From NCBI GenBank assembly GCA_951406725.2, contig OX597818.1, positions 54,312,001 through 54,376,000 on the forward strand: a stretch of 64,000 nucleotides of DNA, written 5' to 3'. The stretch is from Octopus vulgaris (lineage: Eukaryota). The notes under the pieces were generated by a model. It did no database searches, was not told where the DNA came from, and saw only the letters and a program-made list of their open reading frames with translations. This document shows, one piece after another, positions 41,899 to 54,869 of the stretch (position 1 is its first letter; each line of letters opens with the position of its first letter). The position numbers and the translations under genes were made by a program.

Positions 41899-41936
41899 AA
41901 CACATGTTTCGACCCGTTCTGGGTCTCCTCGGGTGC
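41899..41936 (-). ncRNA. Degenerate hammerhead motif in a Penelope-like 3' remnant
   Basis: CCGAGGA-gaccc-agaac-gggtc-GAAA-catgt. The related copy at 53865-53905 has CTGAAGA. Confidence 0.45.
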
Positions 41937-42507
41937 ATCAATAAACAGTCTCACTAGAGATTTCTTGAGTCGGCTTACGGACTGCTATATGTCCATCAAA
42001 TTCGAGACTGAGTAGAATCAGAGAAAAATTACTGAAACGCAAATTTCAAATATGAACTTGGGAAGTGTACATTCTAGTATAGAGAAAATGACGTAATCAG
42101 CTTTCGCTGTTGTACCGCTTTGAAATTTAGGTCGAATATTTCGCCCCCTGCACTTATTTTTTAGGCTCGGTACTTATTTTATCGGGGTCTTTTGTCGAAC
42201 CGCTAAGTTACGGGGACTCAAACACAGCATCACCGGTTGTCAAGCGAAAATGATGGGACAAAAACAGATCAGACAGACACACACACACACACACATAAAA
42301 CGGGCTTCTTTCAGTTTTCATCTACCAAATGCACTGACAGGGTTTTGGTTGCCCCGAGGTTATAGGAGAAGATGCTTACCTAAGGTGCCACGCAGAGCGA
42401 CTGAACCCGGAACCACGTATATATATTATATATACATTATACTCTCTATTATAAATTCATTATGCTCTATATTAAATTATATTATTTCATATAAATGTTT
42501 TATATAT

Positions 42508-42856
42508 ATTGGGTTGTCCGGAAAGTTCTTGCCGATTTTTAAAGGAAAGAAAAAGGTCAATAAATACTTGCCATTACATTTTTAATCAACCAAATATGAA
42601 CCATTTTGTTGCACAATGCGTCTCCATCTTTCTTTTAACTTGAAAATACACTTTTTCCCAGAATTGAGGTGGTTTCATGGCAAAGAATTCATCAAGGTAA
42701 TTTTTTACGTCATCCAAGGAATTGATATTTTTACCATTAAGACTATTCTGCAGAGACCTGAATAAGTGGAAATCCGAAGGATCAATATCTGGTAAATATG
42801 GAGGGTGGGGTAACACATCCCAGCCGAGCTGTAGCAATTTTTGTCTGGTTCCCAAG
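42508..42856 (-). mobile_element. Mariner 3' fragment with TIR
   Basis: LGWDVLPHPPYLPDIDPSDFHLFRSLQN; TIR tattgggttgtccggaaag. Confidence 0.9.
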
Positions 42857-43102
42857 TGCCGAAAATGAACTTACAACTTCAATATCCGTACATATCTTGC
42901 ATCTATTTTCTTTCCTCCAACTCACTCTCTATTTTGTATCACATCTAAACTAACTATGACTTAACCATCCTCTCACACCTTCTCCGATGAAGGGATATGA
43001 TTAATAAATATCCTAGAAACAACTGTAATACCTATCTATAAATGGTCTAATATCTACACAGCCTTGGTTTTTTTATCGTATTACGCAAAAGAAAATTCTG
43101 AT

Positions 43103-43140
<38 letters not shown>

Positions 43141-43360
43141 AAATATTAGGGAATAAATCCAAACTTACAGGGAAAAATCAGATTTAGGATTTAATTCAAT
43201 TTTATAGTAAAATATTATATTATATTAAATTAGAGATAAAACCACTATTAGGCAAATCAAACAATGAAAAACTTAAGCCAATACATAAAATTAATTAATT
43301 TATATTATTTTAAATATATGTCAAAAGGATTAAAAGTTTAATAAAAGATAATGAGTAAAA

Positions 43361-43429
43361 CACTACGATCGTTTCATGGCTGTCCAATTCGTAATAATTC
43401 GAGTTATGGTTACAGTCAATCTTCAGGTA
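43361..43429 (-). ncRNA. Hammerhead motif in an AT-rich (TA)n-anchored element (43145-43995)
   Basis: tac-CTGAAGA-ttgactgt...acagccat-GAAA-cgatcg-TA-gtg. Relatives of the host element lie at 37757-38090 and 24330-25215. Confidence 0.6.
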
Positions 43430-43985
43430 ATTGAAATATCTAAAATATAATCAGAAATATTTAAACAATATTTTTAAGATATAAATAATATAATAATTTT
43501 ACTTATAATAAACTCTATTATCAAACTAGAAACATAGAACTTAACAATTATGACTATATCAAAATCGACTATAATGTTGAATATTAATTTTAATTTATAA
43601 GGTAGGAAACCCACCCATAATCTAATATCGGTATTAGTCTATATCTAATTACATAAATATTTAAAAATGACTAATATATATAAATTATCAATGAAAATAT
43701 ATAAATGTATATAAATATTGTTATTAAGATCTAAAATAATCTCTATAAATAAATGTATATGCACATATAATAAAAACCTAATAAATTTAATTTTTCATAT
43801 TTAAAGATGAAATAGCTAATTTCAAAATACAAATAAACAAACTTAAATGAACTTTCGGAAATCTTATGTAAAATACTTATAGAAATAATCAATTCGTAGT
43901 AATATAGTATCGAATAAATACTATAAATACTATAAATACTATAAATATAATTATTGATTTGCCTAATAGTGGTTTTATTTCTAAT

Positions 43986-44038
<53 letters not shown>

Positions 44039-44450
44039 AAAGTAAGCACATAAATGCGTAACAAGGTAGAAAAAAAATTGTACTCGAATACCAGAATTAG
44101 AGTAACATGCTTTATTAGAAAGCAGCCTTATGGTATTTGCAAAGGGAGGCCATCCCTTTCTCGTAAGCCTAAGTGATACGCACGGACTGCAGTTTCGAGG
44201 TTGTTGCCTCTTGTCAACGGGCGGTAATCACCGGATGAACTCCTGGGGCTAAAAGCTACAGTAACACCCCCCTTTGTGGTTAGCCATATTGAGATGGCTA
44301 TTATACTTTACATTGTCGAGGGGCTACTGTTTACATCTCGTTCAGCGATTTAATAATGCTTGCAGACAGTTTTTCGAAATCAGTGACGGAAGTTACTAGA
44401 AAAACACTTATATATTTGCATACAGGCTTTCCCTTTCATCGTGATCCGGT

Positions 44451-46086
44451 GGTTTTTTTGTTTGTGTCGGATATTTTGGATTAAGTTTATTGTGTATCGC
44501 GGTTGTGAGTTTGAATTCGTTGGTGGAAGCTGTTACGGCGTGGTGAATTGTGGGTGTTTTTTTCGAATATGCAAACCCAAACTTATGTAGGAGCGGCAGG
44601 CAAGGCTCTGGCTGCGACCGAGCTGCAGTTGGAGGAAGTGGTCGTCGAGAAGGGGAGCCTGAAGGAATACTTCAACAGTTTCAAGAAGGAGGGTGACTGC
44701 CTGAGAGTCACACTACCAGAAGACGAAGTGAAAGAGGCAGAGAGGCGTATTGTGACATATAGAACGTGGAGCGTGGCTTCGAAGAAAATAGAAGTGGCAG
44801 AGGTGAAGGAAATCGAGAGGTGTTTGCAGGAGATTGAAGAAAAAGCTACCTTCTATAATAGAGGTAGAAAGTACGCGACGGTGGTAGTTCATTTTGAGAA
44901 AGAAGCTGAAGCGAAGAAGAACGCTACGAAGATATTGAAAAATGAAAAATGGGTATTACTACCTAGCTATTGTGGAAGACGAGCGGTGAGAATAAGGATC
45001 AGCAAAATTTCACCAGAATTGAAAATGGAGAGAATTATAGCAGCAACAATATTTAACTGCAAGGAGAATGTCGAGATATTGAAGATAGAAAGGTCGAAGG
45101 AAGTAAAGAGGTGGGGTTATGCAGTACAGGCTTTGGTACACATAACCATGCCAGACATGTATAACATCCCTGAAGAGTTGGTGTTCCCCGACGAGACACG
45201 ACTCATAGTCATGGTAGAGGGGAGACCCCCAGTGTGCTACACATGCAAGATTAGAGGCCACATGAAGGATGTGTGTCCGCAAAAAAAGTACAAGAGGAGA
45301 TGATAACATTGGAGGCTCTGACAGAGGAATTGCAAATGGCGGATGTAGAAGAAGAAAGTGTGGATACAGATAATGTGGAAAGTGGTGACAAGTTGGTGAA
45401 GGAGGAAGAAAAGGAAAGAACAGAAGGAAAAGAAGATAGAAAGAGAACGCGGGTGGAATCACCACCTAAAGTACAACAAAAAAAAAAAGAAAAAAACCAA
45501 AAAGAAGACTACCGACGAGATAGAGGTTCGAACGCACGAAGAGGAAGATACTGAAACAAAAGCGAGTGAAGTTTCAAGGAGAAAGAATGGGAAAGTAAAG
45601 TGGAAGATTGGCTGAGAGTATGTAGGGAAGGAAGTAGACCAAAAGGAAGAAATTTGAAAGCGGTAATGTTGTACAAGAAGGACAAGGAAATTGAGAAGTT
45701 GGCAAACATAGAAAAATTTAACCAGAGTGAAATTAAATCCGAAAATGTTTGATGACCAGGTGAAGGCGGCGATTGTGGAAAGAGAGACAGGGATGAAACT
45801 GAGCAAAGTGTATACAGGTATATGCATAATGCAATACGTTCGGTACGAGAGTTTGCCAGGGATTATAGAGCAGGAGGAAGTACTTGAATACATAACAGAT
45901 GAACGCCCGGAATAAAACAATTTAAATGAAACTGTGAGCTTGGGGACCCGTAAGACATTTCATTAATTCATTATAAATAATTCATTGTCATACCATACTT
46001 TTCGATTTTTTTATTATATGTACCCCATGTCCTGTATTGTAATGTCTCCTCTGAATTTGGGCCATTGTGCCTATAATAAAGAGTTA
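44451..46086 (+). mobile_element. ORF1-only (HAL1/Tx1-ORF1-like) retroelement with 13-bp TSD
   Basis: TSD atcgtgatccggt at 44438-44450 and 46087-46099; AATAAA near the 3' end; no RT visible. Confidence 0.7.
44548..45303 (+). CDS. Gag/ORF1-like protein with CCHC zinc knuckle (frameshifted; probably continues to ~45915)
   Basis: VEGRPPVCYTCKIRGHMKDVCP (CX2CX4HX4C), preceded by an RRM-like segment and followed by a charged low-complexity tail. Confidence 0.7.
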   Translation: MWVFFSNMQTQTYVGAAGKALAATELQLEEVVVEKGSLKEYFNSFKKEGDCLRVTLPEDEVKEAERRIVTYRTWSVASKKIEVAEVKEIERCLQEIEEKATFYNRGRKYATVVVHFEKEAEAKKNATKILKNEKWVLLPSYCGRRAVRIRISKISPELKMERIIAATIFNCKENVEILKIERSKEVKRWGYAVQALVHITMPDMYNIPEELVFPDETRLIVMVEGRPPVCYTCKIRGHMKDVCPQKKYKRR

Positions 46087-46105
46087 ATCGTGATCCGGTT
46101 ATTAC

Positions 46106-46150
46106 CTCCCGTTGACAAGAGGCAACAACCTCGAAACTGCAGTCCGTGCG
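46106..46150 (+). ncRNA. Type I hammerhead, U3-A8 core
   Basis: ctcccg-TTGACAA-gagg-caacaa-cctc-GAAA-ctgcag-TC-cgtgcg. Confidence 0.75.
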
Positions 46151-46355
46151 TATCACTTAGGCTTACGAGAAAGGGATGGCCTCCCTTCGCAAATACCATA
46201 AGGACACAGATAATGTGCCTAAAGCCAGCTGGAGACGATGATCTCCTGGGGCTAAAAGCTACAGTAACACCCCCCCCCCTTTGTGGTTAGCCATATTGAG
46301 ATGGCTATTATACTTTACATTGTCGAGCGGTTACTGTTTACATCTCGTTCAGAGA

Positions 46356-46420
<65 letters not shown>

Positions 46421-46484
46421 AATTTAAGTATATATATATATATATATATATATTTAAATTTAAGTATATATATATATATATATA

Positions 46485-47186
46485 TAAGAAATATTGAATT
46501 TCTAAATCTCTCGTAGAGACATGTACGGTGGTAGGGCGATAGAATGGTTGTATACTGTCAATCTCACAAGAACGTGACAGTAGGGGGTACACCACCGTTG
46601 TATAGCCCTAGGAGGCATCGAACGCCTCCTGACAGTTTCGACACATTTTTTTCCCTGTGTCCTTATATACATATACGAAGGGGAGACAAACACCCCCAAC
46701 CGCCGGAACTGCATCTAGGGACACCGTGTTTCAGGATCATTGTCCTTCATCGGCCTAGAGTAGCAGACACCGGTCGGCTGGTGATATTTGCCTGGACTTC
46801 GCATCTGTATATATGTAAACCATTCTATCGCCCCACCACCGTACATGTCTCTACGAGAGATTTAGAAATTCAATATTTCTTATTTTGATAATCAGTGAAT
46901 AAACTTCACTGAGTTTACATATATACAGATGCGAAGTCAAGGCAAATATCACCAGCCGACCGGTGTCTGCTACTCTAGGCCGATGAAGGACAATGATCCT
47001 GAAACACGGTGTCCCTAGATGCAGTTCCGGCGGTTGGGGGTGTTTGTCTCCCCTTCGTATATGTATATAAGGACACAGGGAAAAAATGTGTCGAAGCTGT
47101 CAGGAGGCGTTCGATGCCTCCTAGGGCTATACAACGGTGGTGTACCCCCTATTGTCACGTTCTTGTTAGATTGACAGTATACAACC

Positions 47187-47188
<2 letters not shown>
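46485..47188. repeat. Head-to-head pair of a ~366-bp hammerhead-containing unit, (TA)n at both ends
   Basis: 46485-46820 is a circularly permuted reverse complement of 46821-47188. Confidence 0.9.
46974..47019 (+). ncRNA. Type I hammerhead, CCGAUGA (U4C) core
   Basis: tctagg-CCGATGA-agga-caatga-tcct-GAAA-cac-g-gtg-TC-cctaga; identical copy on - at 46714-46759. Confidence 0.82.
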
Positions 47189-47265
<77 letters not shown>

Positions 47266-47271
47266 GGACTA

Positions 47272-48000
47272 GTTATGGAGCAGTTACTGTCTATATCTCA
47301 TTTAGAGAATTATTATTGCTGTCGAACAGATTTTCGAAATCAGCAAATGTATTTTGCTTGAAAATCTATATATAAATATCCTGCAGAGTGAGTTGTTCGT
47401 CGAGGAGGCGGGTGCCTACCACACGTTGATAATAGGCAATACACCTTGAAACCTAGGTCCGTGTGTGGTTTCCGCTTCATCGGGGAATTATCTCCTCCCT
47501 TGCAGGATAGAGGACGCCGTGATGGTGTCAAGCCTATCTGGCGACGTTGATGTTCGCCTGGGGCTAAATGCAACAGTAACACCCCCACCACCCTGCCCTG
47601 TCCCTAGCCATATTCAGATGGCTTTAGTCCCTTATGTTATGGAGCAGTTACTGTCTATATCTCATTTAGAGAATTATTATTGCTGTCGAACAGATTTTCG
47701 AAATCAGCAAATGTATTTTGCTTGAAAATCTATATATAAATATCCTGCAGAGTGAGTTGTTCGTCGAGGAGGCGGGTGCCTACCACACGTTGATAATAGG
47801 CAATACACCTTGAAACCTAGGTCCGTGTGTGGTTTCCGCTTCATCGGGGAATTATCTCCCTTTGCAGGATAGAGGACGCCGTGATGGTGTCAAGCCTATC
47901 TGGCGACGTTGATGTTCGCCTGGGGCTAAATGCAACAGTAACACCCCCACCACCCTGCCCTGTCCCTAGCCATATTCAGATGGCTTTAGTCCCTTATGTT
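47272..48000 (+). repeat. Tandem dimer of a 364-bp retrozyme-like unit
   Basis: Unit starts at 47272 and 47636. The 3' end runs into (TA)n, and a short inverted copy of that end sits at 47260-47271. Confidence 0.92.
47420..47465 (+). ncRNA. Type I hammerhead, U3-A8 core
   Basis: cacacg-TTGATAA-t-agg-caataca-cct-t-GAAA-cctagg-TC-cgtgtg; second copy at 47784-47829. Confidence 0.8.
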
Positions 48001-48019
48001 ATATATATATATATATATA

Positions 48020-48404
48020 TCTCTCTCTATATAAACGGCAGTTTGTCTGTGCGTTTTCTGTGTGTCTGTTTTCTCGTACCCTCACTCTGACCACGGCTTT
48101 CAACCGATTCTGATGAAACTTGACACACACATAGTCCAATGTCATAATTCAAAACTAACGCAGCGAAAATTTTGAAAAGTTCCCCCAGTTCTGAAAAAAA
48201 TCGATAAATTCGACATGGGGTCGAGAATCAGAAACCCAAACCACAGACCGTCTAGGGGACGCAACTCCACCTTTTTTAACTCTCAAAACAAATTTACCAT
48301 CATTTTTTTTCCATTTTTTTGCTATTTTTTGGCTATAACTCTCTAAAAATGCTTTATAGTTATTTCCCTTACAAACCTGAGCAACGCCGGTGCGATACTG
48401 CTAG
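48020..48404 (+). mobile_element. Non-autonomous Helitron
   Basis: TC...gagcaacgccgg...CTAG within a TA tract. Confidence 0.8.
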
Positions 48405-49039
48405 TATATATATATATATATATATATCCGTAATTACGGAATGGAGTTCGTATGTTCCATACCAAGCGAGACCTCAATAGTAGTAATTACCCAAACGCGG
48501 GATAGCCTGCACTCTACTGTTCAGGCGAACTTCCTATAATCCAAATATCCTGGGTTTGAAGAGTAACTTGCACTATAACCCTAGTTTGGATAATTAGTAC
48601 TTCCGAGGTTCCGCTTTCTATGAAACATATGTAGCCTGGATTTTTATCTACTCTATTCCTTAATTTTGGATCTTTATTCGCACACTCAGCTACCCCAGTT
48701 ACCAACCGTGAATTGTAAACTAATTTTCTTCAGCATAATCATACGGGGAAAATTCACAACCATCTGAGCCAATAATCCGCTATTGTTCCTGAAAGTTGTT
48801 TGTTTATATACTCTACGGATTGCTTGGAGCTCTTAAACTTCCTACACCTTGATACTTGAATCATACTTTGATATAAGAAAATATATGTGTATCTAATATA
48901 ATGACAGCGAAAGCCAATTTCTGTGTGTCAGTGTGTCACACTTGGAATCCCCCTCTCTCACTATTCAATGACATTTCGTCTATTCGTCATGCTGGGGTGA
49001 GAGTAATAGTAGGTATAGAGATGGTGAGGGTGATGGTGA

Positions 49040-49075
<36 letters not shown>

Positions 49076-49157
49076 GAGAGAGAAAGAGAGACAATAAAAT
49101 TAAGGGAGAGAAGATGATATTTTATTAAAAGTAGCAGTGTTGATGGTAGCAGTGGGA

Positions 49158-49191
<34 letters not shown>

Positions 49192-49570
49192 GAGAGAGAG
49201 AAAGTCAGAACGAAACGCCAGACGAAATACCGCTAGGCATTTCGCCCGGCGTGCTAACGACTACCCAGCTCGCCGCCTTCAGGTGTGCTAGATATACCGC
49301 CACTTGACAGTAACGCACGGACGTAACAGGGAAACATACAGAATGTTCTAAACTTAATCACGTGTTCATTCTTTACAAACACTTGATAGAAAATATTTAG
49401 GTCATTGATTGTTTAACACCACCACTCGACTTGTTCAGTCAGCCGTTTTAGTCTTAACATACCGAAGATTGTCACGTGATACTAACACACGAACGAAGCA
49501 GGGAACCTACAAACATTTCGAAGACCAGTCATGTGACTATCCTCTACCAATCAAAACCTATTCAAAACAT

Positions 49571-49953
49571 GTGGAGGCGCAATGGCCCAGTGGTTAGGGC
49601 AGCGGACTCGCGGTCGTAGGATCGCGGTTTCGATTCCCAGACCGGGCGTTGTGAGTGTTTATTGAGCGAAAACACCTAAAGCTCCACGAGGCTCCGGCAG
49701 GGGATGGTGGTGATCCCTGCTGTACTCTTTCACCACAACTTTCTCTCACTCTTACTTCCTGTTTCTGTTGTACCTGTATTTCAAAGGGCCGGCCTTGTCA
49801 CTCTCTGTGTCATGCTGAATCTCACCGAGAACTACGTTAAAGGTACACGTGTCTGTGGAGTGCTCAGCCACTTACACGTTAATTTCACGAGCAGGCTGTT
49901 CTGTTGATCGGATCAACCGGAACCCTTGTCGTCGTAACCGACGGAGTGCTTCC
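49571..49953 (+). mobile_element. Full-length tRNA-derived SINE with 11-bp TSD
   Basis: A box tggcccagtgg, B box ggtttcgattccc; TSD attcaaaacat at 49560-49570 and 49954-49964. Confidence 0.9.
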
Positions 49954-50265
49954 ATTCAAAACATATACTATTTTGAGCAATGGACTCCTTATCAAATTAG
50001 GGCAAGCTTCAAACACTAGTCAGGAGTGTTTCCATTTCAGTTTGAAATGTAAAACCGGTTAAATCTTTAAATATAATAATAAAAAATATATTAACTATTC
50101 TCAGTGCATTTTCAATTTCTATCTAGTCTATATTTCAATACGTATGAAATAAAATAACTTTGTCCTCTCTCTCTCTCTCTCTCTCTTCCTCTCTGCATAT
50201 ATATATGTGTGTGTAAATATATATATATATGAACAAACACACACACACACACACACACATACACA

Positions 50266-50318
<53 letters not shown>

Positions 50319-50693
50319 GTTGTCTGTGAGGTAAGTAGCTTGCTTACAACCACATGGTTCCGGGTTCAGTTCCACTGCGTGGTAACTGACGCAAGTGTCC
50401 TCTGCTATATCCTAGGGCCGACTAAAGACTGGTGAGTGGATTTGGTAGACGGAAACTAGAAGGTCGTCATATACATACACACTCACACACAGACATATAT
50501 ATATATATATATATATACATATATATGTGTGTGTGTGTATATATATATATGTATAGAAATATAATAAATTTATTTTATTATATTTCTATACGAAAAATAT
50601 ATAGTCTAATGACTAATTCGTCTTTTGTGCTAGGCCACTGGTAATAATAATTTATTTTATCACCCTATTTGATTATGTTTAAATATATATGTA

Positions 50694-50768
<75 letters not shown>

Positions 50769-51007
50769 CTGTGTGTGTGTGTATAAATATATGTATGTAT
50801 GCATATGTTTGTGTGTCTGTGTTTAACCCCTCACTATTACATGACAATCGATGGTGGTGTGTTTACGTCTCCGTAACTTAGCAGTTCGGCAAAAGAGACC
50901 AATAGAATAACTACTAGTCTTACAAAAAATAAGTGTAAGGGTCGATTTGTTCGATTACATGCGGTGCTACAGCATGGCTACAGTCAAATGACTGAAACAA
51001 ATAAAAG

Positions 51008-51046
<39 letters not shown>

Positions 51047-51047
<1 letters not shown>

Positions 51048-51933
51048 TAGATGGGCCCCGTGCCGTCAAAAATGACGGCTAATTGTCCTATTTTATATAT
51101 AAATAAGGCACAAAAACAAAATTTTGGTTTAATAATTCTTTTATTACTAAATTTCTTTTGTGAAAAATCTATCTGCAACTTTGACTGCTTGTTTCCTTCA
51201 AAAGAATTTGAAAGTTTTCCTTCCTTCTTGTCCGACTTAAGGCCACATAATGCTGGCTGTGACCAAATACAAGAGCTGGTAAGTAAATACCAAAGACACA
51301 GAGTTGAAACGCTGTTTGAGTTTTCTTTCTCACCGTACTGTTTCCATCACCCCACTATGAATTTTGCCATCACTCCTATTTTTTAATCTATCATTCCTTC
51401 CTTTTTCATTCATATGTTGTGACGGAGAAAAACACAATAGTATTATTATAGTAGATAAGGTACAAAACCAAGTTTTTAGTTTAATAATTCTTTTACTACT
51501 AAACCTGTGAAAAATCTACCCACAACTAACATCCCTTGACTGCTTGTCTCCTTCAAAAGAAATTTAAACTTTTCCTTCTTTCTTGTCCGAATTAAGGCCA
51601 GATAAAGCTGGCCGTGACTAAATACGGGAGCTGGCAAGTAAATACCAAATGCACAGTTGAAACGCTGTTTGATTTTTCTTTTCAGCGTTGAATGTTCAGC
51701 ATCCCATTTCCATTGAGCACACACACGCACACACACACACAAACACACATTCACATACCCACCTTTTACACACACTCGCATATTCACACAGAGTTGAAAT
51801 GCTGTTTGATTTATTTTTTCAGCGTACAATTTTCATCATCCCACTGCCTAGTATGAAATAAACCCTTCCTTCCTTATTCCTCTATCACTCCTTCCTTTAT
51901 CTTTCATAAACACAAGAGAATTATTATAGTAGA
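51047..51933 (-). mobile_element. Helitron derivative with two diverged tandem helicase C-terminal segments
   Basis: FGIYLPAPVFSHGQLYLALIRTR; 3' CTAG with hairpin gccgtca..tgacggc; 51100-51455 resembles 51465-51933. Confidence 0.75.
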
Positions 51934-52160
51934 TTATCTCGGTAACCATGAGATCTATGAAAAAATACAAAGCCAACGTTAGCACCGGATCATTCTACAC
52001 ATCTCTGCAATTTTTAGCGCAATTCCACCCATCCGATTGACCGTGAATCCCAAGACAAAGAATCACTCAAGTCAAACTTATATATATATATATATATCTA
52101 TCTATATATATATATATATATATACACATATATACACACACACATATATTATTACACATA

Positions 52161-52248
<88 letters not shown>

Positions 52249-52280
52249 TATATTATTACACATATGCATATATATATAAG

Positions 52281-52345
<65 letters not shown>

Positions 52346-52354
52346 ATTTATATA

Positions 52355-52815
52355 CAGGGGTTGGACAAAATAATGGAAACACCTGGCATCATAGCATCAT
52401 AATTTTGAAATATCTATAAAACCGTCAAAGCTTGATTATTTTTATGCTTTGTGATTTGTTATTAGTGTTGATTAATATGTTTTAATAAAATTGCTGTTTC
52501 TTTCCAGGTATCATCAGAAAAAGGTAATTAAAATTTATTGCAATGACAGATCTCTCGGACTATGAAACAGGTCAAAATTGTTGGTGCTCGGATGGCAGGT
52601 GCTAGTGTAACGGAAAAAGCCGAAATGTTTGGTGTATCAAGAAGTAGTGTCTCGAAAGTAAGAGGGAAAACCTCCTCCTCGAAACAAAACCCGGAAGAAA
52701 ATTATAACTTCCAGATGGGCACCATCGGATTGTTCCGCGAATTTTTAGAAAGGATCACAAAAGTACAGGTCCCAAAATTACTGCAGGACGTAAGGACCAC
52801 CTCCAGAGCCAAGTG
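52355..52815 (+). mobile_element. Tc1-like transposon 5' fragment
   Basis: TA|caggggttggacaaaataatggaaac TIR; HTH-like IVGARMAGASVTEKAEMFGVSRSSVSKV. Confidence 0.8.
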
Positions 52816-52839
52816 ATGTTCTGGAGAACTGATATAAGT

Positions 52840-53060
52840 TCATACTTTAACAAAATGTGCCCATACAGCTTGATAATAAAAAGGACACTCCGCTGAACGT
52901 CAATTTCACTGACTATGGACGTGATTGTACAAAAGTCATTCAACACATGGCAACTTCTGCGTCTTATTTATTTTATATATTGTGTGAAAATTATCATGTT
53001 ATTTGTAAGAGATGTTATGCTTCAAAATTACTGGTTAAAAATGAACCAATGAAAAATGAA
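52840..53060 (-). promoter_or_regulatory. Orphan copy of the conserved caspase 5' flank
   Basis: Aligns by eye with 60030-60235 and with the flanks at ~23590-23780 and ~39865-39980 (acttctgcgtct; gaaccaatga). Confidence 0.65.
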
Positions 53061-53395
53061 CTACAATTAGGACGACGCCGATGACAGAAAAGTTTTATTT
53101 GTAATTTACACGGAAGAAATAACAAAAAGATATTTCTTACAAAACGTCATAATTTTATTGCGAACTTTTTGTTCAATGCGTCCTGCCTCGCAGATGTAGA
53201 TTTGAACACGAATACACACACACGCATGCACAAACACACACACACACGCACACACATACGCACACACACACACACACACACAAACACACACAAACACACA
53301 CACATACACTTACACACACATGCACACAGACGTACACGACCTCCACACACATACATACTTACGTTCATATCTATATACAAACCTACGTACATAGT

Positions 53396-53427
<32 letters not shown>

Positions 53428-53450
53428 CATACATACATACATATATATAT

Positions 53451-53522
<72 letters not shown>

Positions 53523-53576
53523 TATCAGGCTGATAAAGATTTTCATATATATGCATTTATATATGCATTTATATAT

Positions 53577-53623
<47 letters not shown>

Positions 53624-54205
53624 GGCAATTTTTTTCCCTCTGTCTTCCCTTCTCTGGATCTTTCCTTCTCCTATGTTTCAGAAGAAGAGCTCCGCTCGAA
53701 ACGTTACACCCTCCTCCTTTCCTTCATTCCTGAGCGTCCAAAAATACTATATTTATTCCACGTCCTTAGTTGTTGTGTTTTTTTGTGCTTTCTTGTTTGG
53801 ATTAACTTTATATATATATATAGTATTAATAAAATATATGGAATGTGTAATAGACTATGTTGGGTACAATAACATTTTCGACAAGTTCAGGGTCTCTTCA
53901 GGTACGTCTATCAAAAGTCTCACTACTTCCTTTTCTTTCTCTTAACAGTTACAACACTGATAGCTGATTAAATCATTTTCTCTAAACCAGAATGTATACT
54001 TCCCAAGTTCATATTTGAATTTTTTGCGTTTCAATAATTTTTCTCTGGTTTTACTCATTCTCGAATTTGGACATATAGCGACACGTAAGCCGTATCGCTA
54101 TATATATATATATACACGTATATATAAAAACATAAACAATTATTAGAAACAATTGTATTGATTGTAAATAAATATCCAACCGCACTCCTTCTTGCTGACT
54201 TATTC

Positions 54206-54264
<59 letters not shown>

Positions 54265-54290
54265 TATATATATGTATATATCTATATATG

Positions 54291-54355
<65 letters not shown>

Positions 54356-54436
54356 GTATATATATATATATATATATATGTACATATATATATATATACA
54401 TACACATATATACATATATATTATATATATATATAC

Positions 54437-54502
<66 letters not shown>

Positions 54503-54769
54503 GTATATATATATATGTATATACATATATATATATATATATATACATACACATATATATATATGTATATATATATATACATATATATACATATATATAT
54601 ATATACATATATATGTATTGCTTGTATTCCTATCTTATATGCATAGAATAATATGCTATATGTATGTTACTATAGTTATCATTTTAATAAATAATTAACA
54701 TTTTAATGTCCTAAAGTTGATGAACCAACTATTGTGCTTCTCTATTTTCTTACTTGCAATATATATATG

Positions 54770-54841
<72 letters not shown>

Positions 54842-54869
54842 CATATATACATATACATGTATAAGAAAA

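Larger units (their letters stand above)
44127..46360 (+). mobile_element. ~354-bp hammerhead element with 5' inversion and terminal direct repeat, interrupted by a 1.6-kb insertion
   Basis: 44127-44238 is the reverse complement of ~46093-46202; 44241-44355 repeats at 46244-46360. Hammerheads at 46106-46150 (+) and 44179-44223 (-). Confidence 0.8.

Noticed and set aside
49571-49650. tRNA-like sequence
   Set aside because: It is a SINE head followed by a SINE body and bounded by a TSD, not a tRNA gene.
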